Shown: one piece after another, positions 1 to 6,490 of the stretch | Layout: each line of letters starts with the position of its first letter | How positions within the stretch are numbered: position 1 is the first letter of the stretch | NCBI GenBank assembly: GCA_003135555.1 | Contig: PLCF01000030.1 | Location: 39,933 to 51,529, forward strand | Direction of reading: 5' to 3' | Origin: Vulcanimicrobiota bacterium | GTDB lineage: Bacteria > Vulcanimicrobiota > Vulcanimicrobiia > Vulcanimicrobiales > Vulcanimicrobiaceae | DNA: 11,597 nt | Program-made: the position numbers and the translations under genes | Notes under the pieces: model-generated | Seen by the model: only the letters and a program-made list of their open reading frames with translations | The model's database searches: none | Told to the model about the DNA's origin: nothing

Positions 1-468
1 GGCCGCCAGCTGCGCGAGAAGCAGAAGATGCGCCGCTACTACGGCGTGCTCGAGACGCAGTTCCAGAACTACTTCCGCGAGGCTCAGCGCGTCAGGGGCA
101 AGACCGGCGCGACCTTCTTGCAGATCCTCGAGCGCCGGCTGGACAACGTGATCTACCGCCTCAACCTCGGCGCCAGCCGCGCGCAGGCCCGGCAGCTGGT
201 CACGCACCGCCACTTCCGCCTCAACGGCCGCATCATCAACGTGCCGTCGATTATGGTGAAGCCTGGTGACGTGATCTCGATCGCCGACCGGTCGAAGTCC
301 AAGGATCTGTTCGGCGCGCTCGTCGAGACCGCGAAGAACCGCCGCCATCCCGAATGGCTCGAGTTCAACGAGACCGATGCGACCGCCAAGGTCGTCGCGC
401 TCCCGTCCCGCGAGCAGATCGACACGCCCGTCGACGAACAACTCATCGTCGAGTACTACAGCCGCTAA
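1..468 (+). CDS. rpsD: 30S ribosomal protein S4 (5'-truncated by window edge)
   Basis: Frame 1 is open from base 1 (GRQLREKQKMRRYYG...). It has the S4 motifs LERRLDNVIYR and ARQLVTHRH and the C-terminus EQLIVEYYSR, with TAA at 466-468, and lies directly upstream of rpoA. The ATG at 28 is internal. Confidence 0.98.
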   Translation, partial: GRQLREKQKMRRYYGVLETQFQNYFREAQRVRGKTGATFLQILERRLDNVIYRLNLGASRAQARQLVTHRHFRLNGRIINVPSIMVKPGDVISIADRSKSKDLFGALVETAKNRRHPEWLEFNETDATAKVVALPSREQIDTPVDEQLIVEYYSR

Positions 469-514
469 TCCACTAACACCAACCCCACCAACCGTTAGGC
501 GTGCGATCGTGGCG

Positions 515-540
515 CACCCTTCGACAAGCTCAGGGTGACA
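515..540 (+). repeat. REP-like palindromic repeat, copy A (intergenic rpsD-rpoA)
   Basis: CACCCTTCGACAAGCTCAGGGTGACA. Stem CACCCT (515-520) pairs with AGGGTG (532-537). Shares the core CCTTCGAC-NN-GCTCAGG with copies at 3986-4010 and 8536-8560. Confidence 0.85.
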
Positions 541-611
541 AGAGGACCTGGGCTCGTTCGCGGGACTGCGCTGCGGATAACGTAAACGGAGAAAGACTCA
601 ACGAAATCAGT

Positions 612-1538
612 ATGACCGTTCTTGAAGCGCCGGCCGGCGCAAACATCGAAGTCCGCGAGCGCCGCGAGAACTTTGCCAAGTTCGTGATCGAGCCGCTCGA
701 GCGCGGCTTCGGCATCACGCTGGGCAACGCGCTGCGCCGCGTGCTCCTGTCGTCGATCCCGGGCGCCGCCGTGACCTACGTGAAGATCGACGGCGTGCTC
801 CACGAGTTCTCCACCATTCCAGGTGTGGTCGAAGACACCGTCGACTTGCTGCTCAACCTCAAGGGCCTTCCGATCAAGCTCAACACGGAAGATCCCAAGG
901 TGCTCTCGCTGCAAGTCAGCGGCTCAAAGGAAGTCACCGCCGGCGACATCGCTCCCGATGCCGACGTCGAGGTCCTCCAGCCGACCTACCACATCGCGAC
1001 GCTGTCGAAGAAAGACGCGAAGCTGTCGATGGAGATCGGCATCGAGAAGTCGCGTGGATACGTCACGTCCGACAAGCAGCGCAACATCGAGCACATGATC
1101 GGGCTCATCCCGATGGACTCGATCTTCTCACCGATCCGCAAGGTCAACTTCAGCGTCGACGATACCCGCGTCGGTCAGTCGGTCGACTTCGACCGCCTCA
1201 CGTTGGAGATCGAGACCAACGGCTCGATCACCCCGGACGACGCGCTCTCCGAGGCGGCTCAGATCCTCACCGAGGAGCTGCGCTTGTTCATCGGGTTCTC
1301 CACCGAGGAGAAGCCGGTTGCAACGGCGCCCGCCAGCGAGTGGGACGTGCCGGTCGAGACGCTGAACCTGTCGGTCCGCTCGTTCAACTGCCTCAAGCGC
1401 GCCGGCATCTCGAAGGTCTCGGAGCTGCTCGACATGACCGAAGACGAGATCATCAAGATGCGCAACTTCGGCAAGAAGTCGCTCGACGAGATCAAGCAGG
1501 TCTTGGAGGAGCGGGGACTCTCGCTCCGCCAGGCTTAG
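612..1538 (+). CDS. rpoA: DNA-directed RNA polymerase subunit alpha
   Basis: Motifs EPLERGFGITLGNALRRVLLSS, GVLHEFSTIPGVVED and alpha-CTD LSVRSFNCLKRAGI...NFGKKSLDEI. The start is placed at ATG 612 (MTVLEAP..., 308 aa) rather than GTG 501, because the extension runs through intergenic repeat DNA. Confidence 0.97.
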   Translation: MTVLEAPAGANIEVRERRENFAKFVIEPLERGFGITLGNALRRVLLSSIPGAAVTYVKIDGVLHEFSTIPGVVEDTVDLLLNLKGLPIKLNTEDPKVLSLQVSGSKEVTAGDIAPDADVEVLQPTYHIATLSKKDAKLSMEIGIEKSRGYVTSDKQRNIEHMIGLIPMDSIFSPIRKVNFSVDDTRVGQSVDFDRLTLEIETNGSITPDDALSEAAQILTEELRLFIGFSTEEKPVATAPASEWDVPVETLNLSVRSFNCLKRAGISKVSELLDMTEDEIIKMRNFGKKSLDEIKQVLEERGLSLRQA

Positions 1539-1548
1539 GTAAGGAATC

Positions 1549-1902
1549 ATGCCGCATCAGCTCGCCAACAAGCGTCTCTCGCGCACCGACGGCCACCGCA
1601 AGGCGCTGCTTCGCAACCTCGCCACGTCGTTCTTCAAGTACGAGAAGATCGAGACCACGTCGGTCAAGGCCAAGGAGATCTCCAAGGTCATCGACCGCCT
1701 CATCACGCAGGCGCGCCGCGGCGATCTCCATTCCCGGCGGCTCGCGGCCTCGTACCTGACCGAGGAAGCCGTCGCGAAGAAGCTCTTCGAGCAGATCGCG
1801 CCCGCGCTCAAGGATAAGGCCGGCGGCTATACGCGCATCACCAAGACGCGCGTCCGCCCCGGCGACGCGGCCGAACTGTCCATATTGGAGCTCGTAAAGT
1901 AG
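1549..1902 (+). CDS. rplQ: 50S ribosomal protein L17
   Basis: HRKALLRNLATS, KIETT, GGYTRITK...RPGDAAELSILELV. SD-like AAGGA at 1541-1545. Canonical position after rpoA. Confidence 0.98.
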   Translation: MPHQLANKRLSRTDGHRKALLRNLATSFFKYEKIETTSVKAKEISKVIDRLITQARRGDLHSRRLAASYLTEEAVAKKLFEQIAPALKDKAGGYTRITKTRVRPGDAAELSILELVK

Positions 1903-1904
1903 CG

Positions 1905-2008
1905 CTCTAGCAATTCTCTCGGTCGCTGGCGTCGTCGCTACGCCCCTCACGTGCCCTAGCACGCTTCGGGGCTAGGCTCCTAGCCAGCGACCGAGATAAT
2001 CGCTAGAG
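1905..2008. repeat. Long imperfect inverted repeat, MITE-like palindromic element
   Basis: Left arm 1905-1930 CTCTAGCAATTCTCTCGGTCGCTGGC matches the reverse complement of right arm 1983-2008 at 24/26 positions. Inner stems are GCCCC (1942-1946)/GGGGC (1968-1972) and CGTGC (1950-1954)/GCACG (1959-1963). The inverted repeat is seen directly; mobility is inferred. Confidence 0.85.
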
Positions 2009-2009
2009 T
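1981..2009 (+). promoter_or_regulatory. Possible sigma70-type promoter for the trp operon
   Basis: TAGCCA (1981-1986, 4/6 to TTGACA), 17 nt spacer, TAGAGT (2004-2009, TAnnnT, 4/6 to TATAAT), ending 15 nt before the trpE ATG. Motif match only. Confidence 0.3.
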
Positions 2010-2024
2010 AGGGGCTACCCTCCT

Positions 2025-3413
2025 ATGCTAGTCACGGACGAGCCGCTCAGTCTGACCTCCATTACGCGATCGTTCGTCGCGGACAGCATCACGCCGATCT
2101 CCGCGTACCTCGCCCTGGCTCAGCCGGGGCGTTCGTGTATGCTGGAGTCGGTGGAGGGAGCCGAGCGGCTCAGCCGGTTCTCGTTCATCGGGCTCGACTA
2201 CCTCGAGACGTTCTCGATCGATCGCGACGCGGGGATGCTCGAGCGAATCCGCGCTGCGACGGGCCGCTATGCGCTCGACCGCGGCGACCTGCCGTTCCCC
2301 GGCGGCGCGGTCTGCGTGTTCACCTACGACGCGGCGCGTGCGCTCGAACCCGTCCTGCGCCAGGCCCAGGACGCCGGCGACGTTCCGCCGCCCGACGTGC
2401 GCTTCGGGGACGTGCTCGTGGTGATCCCGGGGACGTGGCTGGTCTTCGACCACTTCACGCACAGCGTGACCCTGATCGGGTTCGCGCGCGGCGAGGGCGA
2501 GCGGGCGGCGGTCGAGGCGCGGCTCGATGCCTACGTCGCACGGCTGCTCGACCATCGCCTGACGATCCCGGGCGCGGTGCGGGCGGACGGCCCGGTCAGC
2601 GCGTCGATGGACGAGTCGACCTTCGTCGAGCGCGTCGGGCAGGCGAAGCGCTACATCTACGACGGCGACGCATACCAGCTCCAAGTCGGGATCCGCTTCT
2701 CGTGCGCGCTGGGCGGAACCGCGTTCGATTTCTACCGCCAGATTCGGGCCCGCAACCCGTCGCCGTACATGTTCTACGTCGAGCACGACGGGCGTGCGGT
2801 GTTCGGCGCGTCGCCCGAGTTCTTGGTGCGGCTCGACGGACGGACCGCGCGGATTCGGCCGTTGGCCGGGACGCGGCCGCGCGACGCCGATCCCGAGCGC
2901 GACGGGCGCGTCGCCGACGAGTTGCTCGCCGACGCCAAGGAGCGCGCGGAGCACGTGATGCTCGTCGACCTAGCGCGCAACGATCTGGGCGCGGTGTGCC
3001 GCATCGGCAGCGTGCGCGTCGACGAGCTCATGGTCATCGAGCGCTACTCGCACGTGATGCACATCGTGTCGAACGTCGTCGGCGAGCTGCGCGATGACAA
3101 AGACGCGCTCGACCTCTTCGCCGCGTCGTTCCCCGCCGGCACCGTCACCGGGACGCCCAAGATTCGCGCGATGCAGCTGATCGACCGGCTCGAGCCGGTG
3201 GCCCGCGGCTTTTACGCCGGCAGCGTCGCGCACCTCGACTTCGACGGCGACCTGGACTCGTGCATCATCCTGCGTTCGGTAGCCGTTGCGAACGGCCGAG
3301 CGTACTGGCAGGCCTCGGCCGGGATCGTCGCCGACAGCGTTGCGCGCACCGAGTACGCCGAAGTCCTCGCCAAGACCGGGATCGTGCGCGCCGTGTTAGG
3401 GATCGATCCATGA
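2025..3413 (+). CDS. trpE: Anthranilate synthase component I
   Basis: MLES...SRFSFIG (feedback-site region), NPSPYM, GASPEFLV, RPLAGTRPR, KERAEHVMLVDLARND, FPAGTVTGTPKIRAM. First gene of the trp cluster. Confidence 0.95.
   Translation: MLVTDEPLSLTSITRSFVADSITPISAYLALAQPGRSCMLESVEGAERLSRFSFIGLDYLETFSIDRDAGMLERIRAATGRYALDRGDLPFPGGAVCVFTYDAARALEPVLRQAQDAGDVPPPDVRFGDVLVVIPGTWLVFDHFTHSVTLIGFARGEGERAAVEARLDAYVARLLDHRLTIPGAVRADGPVSASMDESTFVERVGQAKRYIYDGDAYQLQVGIRFSCALGGTAFDFYRQIRARNPSPYMFYVEHDGRAVFGASPEFLVRLDGRTARIRPLAGTRPRDADPERDGRVADELLADAKERAEHVMLVDLARNDLGAVCRIGSVRVDELMVIERYSHVMHIVSNVVGELRDDKDALDLFAASFPAGTVTGTPKIRAMQLIDRLEPVARGFYAGSVAHLDFDGDLDSCIILRSVAVANGRAYWQASAGIVADSVARTEYAEVLAKTGIVRAVLGIDP
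2351..2373 (+). repeat. Degenerate REP-like repeat, copy D, in frame within trpE (encodes VLRQAQD)
   Basis: CGTCCTGCGCCAGGCCCAGGACG. Perfect 7 bp stem CGTCCTG/CAGGACG. Differs from the shared core at three positions, all third codon positions. Confidence 0.65.
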
Positions 3414-4015
3414 GGCTGTTGCTCGTGGACAACTACGATTCGTTCACCTGGAATCTCGCGCATCTGTTCGGCGGGATCGACGGCGTCGAGGTGGACGTGA
3501 TCCGCAACGACGACGCACGGCTCGCCGACGGCGTGACTACGCAGTACGACGGGGTGATCGTCGGGCCCGGTCCGGGTCGGCCCGCCGAGGCGGGGCGAAC
3601 GTTAGCGCTCGTGCGCGAGGCGGCGGCGCAGCGGCGACCGTTCTTCGGCGTGTGCCTCGGGCTGCAAGCGATCGCCGAGGCGTTCGGCGGCCGCATCGTC
3701 CACGCACCGCAGCAGATGCACGGCAAGACCTCGACGATCACGCACGACGGCGCCGGCGCGTTTGCGGGCGTGCCGTCGCCGCTGCAGGCGACGCGCTACC
3801 ACTCGCTGTGCGTGGATCACGACGGCTTCCCGGCCGTGCTGCGCGCCAACGCGGTGAGCGAGGACGGCGTGATCCAAGGGCTCGTGCACCGCGAGCTGCG
3901 CATGTCCGGCGTCCAGTTCCATCCCGAATCGGTCCTGACGGCCGACGGGCGTCGCATCGCCGAGAACGTCGTGCGCGAGATGCGCGCCCTTCGACCGGCT
4001 CAGGGCAGGCTGTGA
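3410..4015 (+). CDS. trpG: Anthranilate synthase component II (class I glutamine amidotransferase)
   Basis: ATG 3410 overlaps the trpE stop (ATGA). Motifs LLVDNYDSFTWNL, GPGPG, GVCLG (catalytic Cys), HGK, RYHSL, QFHPES. 201 aa. The track start at 3260 is an upstream artefact. Confidence 0.95.
   Translation: MRLLLVDNYDSFTWNLAHLFGGIDGVEVDVIRNDDARLADGVTTQYDGVIVGPGPGRPAEAGRTLALVREAAAQRRPFFGVCLGLQAIAEAFGGRIVHAPQQMHGKTSTITHDGAGAFAGVPSPLQATRYHSLCVDHDGFPAVLRANAVSEDGVIQGLVHRELRMSGVQFHPESVLTADGRRIAENVVREMRALRPAQGRL
3986..4010 (+). repeat. REP-like palindromic repeat, copy B, forming the last codons of trpG
   Basis: GCCCTTCGACCGGCTCAGGGCAGGC. Stem GCCCT (3986-3990)/AGGGC (4002-4006). Translated as ALRPAQGR just before the trpG stop and trpD start. 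Confidence 0.85.
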
Positions 4016-5034
4016 ACGACTATCCCGGCCTGCTGCGCGGCGTCCTGGCGGGCCAAGATCTCACGGCCGACCAGATGGCGGACACCATCGGTGCGATCAT
4101 GGACGAGACCCTGTCGGCGGTGCGGGCGGCGGCACTCTTGGCGGCGCTGGCGGCGAAGGGCGAGACCGTCGATGAGGTGGTGGGCGCGGCGCGCGCGATG
4201 CGCGAGCGCAGCGTGCGCGTCGAACACGGCCTGCCGCTGGTGCTCGACATCGTCGGAACCGGCGGCGACAACGCGCACACGATCAACATCTCGACGGCGG
4301 CGGCGTTCGTCGTCGCGGGCTGCGGGGTGCCGGTGGCCAAGCACGGCAACCGCGCCGCGTCGAGCGCCTGCGGCAGCGCCGACGTCCTCGAGGCGTTGGG
4401 TGTGAAGATCGACCGCTCGCCGGAGGAGTCTTCACGCGCGCTGCGCGAGCACAACATCGCCTTCTTGTTCGCGCAGCGCCACCACCCGGCGATGCGCGCG
4501 GTCGGGCCGATCCGGCGCGAGCTCGGCGTTCGCACGATCTTCAACGTGCTGGGCCCGCTGACCAATCCGGCCGGTGCGAACCGCCAGATGATCGGCGTTG
4601 CTCGCCCCGAGCACGTCGCGCTGGTGGCCGATGCGCTGCGCGAGCTGGGTGGCGAAGCGGGCGCGGTCATCCACGGCGCCGACGGGCTCGACGAGATCAG
4701 CGGCGAGGCGCCGACCGACGTGTCGCAGTTCGACCGCAACGGCGTACGGCGCTGGACGCTCAACCCGGCCGATTACGGCGTGCGGGCATCGCGCGCCGAA
4801 ATACTCGGTGGGGACGCCGCCACCAATGCGGCGGCGCTGCTCGCCATCCTCGATGGCGAGCGCAGCCCGCGCGCCGATTTGGTGTTGCTCAACGCGGCCC
4901 TCGCACTGGTGGTCGCGAGCGAGGCCGTCGACATCGAGGACGGGATGGCCCGCGCCCGCACGGCGGTCGAGACCGGCCGCGCCCGAACAGCCCTCGACGC
5001 CCTTCGCGCCCAACGCGAAACGGAGTTGGTATGA
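4012..5034 (+). CDS. trpD: Anthranilate phosphoribosyltransferase
   Basis: GTG 4012 overlaps the trpG stop (GTGA). Motifs KGET, DIVGTGGD, INIST, KHGNRAASS-GSADVLEALG, RTIFNVLGPLTNP, DGLDE. 340 aa. The track start at 3652 is an artefact. Confidence 0.96.
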   Translation: MNDYPGLLRGVLAGQDLTADQMADTIGAIMDETLSAVRAAALLAALAAKGETVDEVVGAARAMRERSVRVEHGLPLVLDIVGTGGDNAHTINISTAAAFVVAGCGVPVAKHGNRAASSACGSADVLEALGVKIDRSPEESSRALREHNIAFLFAQRHHPAMRAVGPIRRELGVRTIFNVLGPLTNPAGANRQMIGVARPEHVALVADALRELGGEAGAVIHGADGLDEISGEAPTDVSQFDRNGVRRWTLNPADYGVRASRAEILGGDAATNAAALLAILDGERSPRADLVLLNAALALVVASEAVDIEDGMARARTAVETGRARTALDALRAQRETELV

Positions 5035-5828
5035 CCGATATGCTAGCGAAGCTCTACGCGGCTAAGGCGGCGGTGCGCGCCGTCGATGAGGTGCGGGAGC
5101 CGCTGGGCGAGTTGCGCGAGCGCGCGCAGAATCGGGCCGGCGAACGGCGCCGCTTTAGCGCGGCGCTGGCGGCGGCCCGCGGTCCGGCGATCGTCGCGGA
5201 GATCAAGCGGGCCTCGCCGTCGGTTGGATTGATCGTGCCGCACCTCGATCCGGCCGCCATCGCGCGCGCCTACGAAGCGTCGGGCGCCGACGCGATCAGC
5301 GTCCTGACCGAGGCCGATCACTTCCTGGGCGATCTGGCCTACCTCGACATCGCTCGCAAGGCTAGCGCTTTGCCCATCCTGCGCAAGGACTTCTTGAGCA
5401 CGCCCTATGAGGTGGTGCAGTCGGCGGCGTACGGCGCGGATGCGATCTTGGCGATCGTCGCCGGAGTCACCGATGAGCAGTTGGCGGAGATGATGCAGCA
5501 GGCCCGGGCGTTCGCGCTCGACGTGTTGGTCGAGGTGCATACCGAGGACGAGCTGCGTCGCGCCCTCGCCACCGGCGCGAAGCTGTTGGGGATCAACAAC
5601 CGCAACCTGCACACCTTCGAGACCGACCTCGCGGTGACCGAGGAGCTGCTGCCGCTGGTGCCGCGCGACGTCGTCGTGATCAGCGAGAGCGGGGTGAAGT
5701 CGCAGGACGACGTTCGGCGTTTGGTCGCCCACGGCGCCCGCGGCGTCCTCGTCGGCGAGTCGCTCATGCGCGCCCTCGACAAGGGTGAGGCGATCCGCGC
5801 GCTCAAAGGCGCCACGGTCCCGGTCTGA
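5031..5828 (+). CDS. trpC: Indole-3-glycerol phosphate synthase
   Basis: ATGA overlap with the trpD stop; GGAG at 5022-5025. Motifs AEIKRASPS, ISVLTE, PILRKDF, LVEVH, GINNRNL, ISESG, LVGESLM. Confidence 0.97.
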   Translation: MTDMLAKLYAAKAAVRAVDEVREPLGELRERAQNRAGERRRFSAALAAARGPAIVAEIKRASPSVGLIVPHLDPAAIARAYEASGADAISVLTEADHFLGDLAYLDIARKASALPILRKDFLSTPYEVVQSAAYGADAILAIVAGVTDEQLAEMMQQARAFALDVLVEVHTEDELRRALATGAKLLGINNRNLHTFETDLAVTEELLPLVPRDVVVISESGVKSQDDVRRLVAHGARGVLVGESLMRALDKGEAIRALKGATVPV

Positions 5829-5836
5829 CGGCCGCA

Positions 5837-6490
5837 TTGCGCACGCGCGTGAAGATCTGCGGCTGCACGTCGGCCGATGACGTCGCGCTCGCCGTGGACG
5901 CCGGCGCGGATGCGGTCGGCGTGATCTTGGCCGAGCAGTCGGAGCGCCGTGTCGGCCTCGACCGCTTCCGCGGAATCGCGCAGTCCGTCCCCGCGCTGAC
6001 GACGCTGGTCGCGGTCTTCGTCGATCCGCCGGCGTCGTTGGTGGACGAAGCGCTCAAGGCCGGCGCGATCCCACAATTTCACGGCCACGAACCAGCCGAG
6101 GCCTGCGAGGCGTTCGCCGCCGGGCCGTATCTGAAGGCCTATCACGTGGACGCCGTGCGGCCACCCAGCCGTGCGGAATTCGGAGCTTTCGCGCGTCCCT
6201 TCGAGCACGCGACGTGGATGTTCGACGCGGCCGGTGCGGACGGACGCAGCGGCGGAACGGGCCGTACGTTCGCCTGGGACATCGCAGCGGACCTCGCCGG
6301 GGGGCGTCGCTTCGTCGTCAGCGGCGGCCTCACGCCCGAGAACGTCGGCGCGTGCGTGCGCGCGGTGCGGCCGTACGCCGTCGACGTTCGCAGCGGCGTC
6401 GAAACGAACGGCAAGAAAGACGCGGACAAAGTCCGTGCCTTCGTGCGCGCGGTCCGCGGCGCGGATGACGCCGCGGCCGGCGAGCGATGA
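5837..6490 (+). CDS. trpF: Phosphoribosylanthranilate isomerase
   Basis: TTG start 8 nt after the trpC stop. Motifs [45 protein letters not shown]. The exact start codon is less certain. Confidence 0.95.
   Translation: MRTRVKICGCTSADDVALAVDAGADAVGVILAEQSERRVGLDRFRGIAQSVPALTTLVAVFVDPPASLVDEALKAGAIPQFHGHEPAEACEAFAAGPYLKAYHVDAVRPPSRAEFGAFARPFEHATWMFDAAGADGRSGGTGRTFAWDIAADLAGGRRFVVSGGLTPENVGACVRAVRPYAVDVRSGVETNGKKDADKVRAFVRAVRGADDAAAGER

Noticed and set aside
501..611. 37 aa N-terminal extension of RpoA from GTG 501 (MRSWRTLRQAQGD...)
   Set aside because: No SD before 501, it does not resemble RpoA, and it runs through repeat copy A. ATG 612 gives a normal-length alpha subunit.
1903..2024. trp leader peptide, T-box, TRAP site, tRNA or intrinsic terminator
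   Set aside because: No Trp-codon-rich ORF, no T-box consensus, TAG/GAG triplets not spaced as a TRAP array, no cloverleaf or T-arm motif, and no U-tract after the stem.
3260..4011. Extended starts for trpG (3260) and trpD (3652) suggesting fusions or extra domains
   Set aside because: The extensions are out-of-frame readings of trpE and trpG. Family homology begins at ATG 3410 and GTG 4012, each with a 4 nt overlap.
4999..5016. GCCCTTCGCGCCCAACGC (ALRAQR) near the trpD 3' end as another repeat remnant
   Set aside because: Only the first 8 nt match, with no GCTCAGG half and no stem. It cannot be distinguished from chance.
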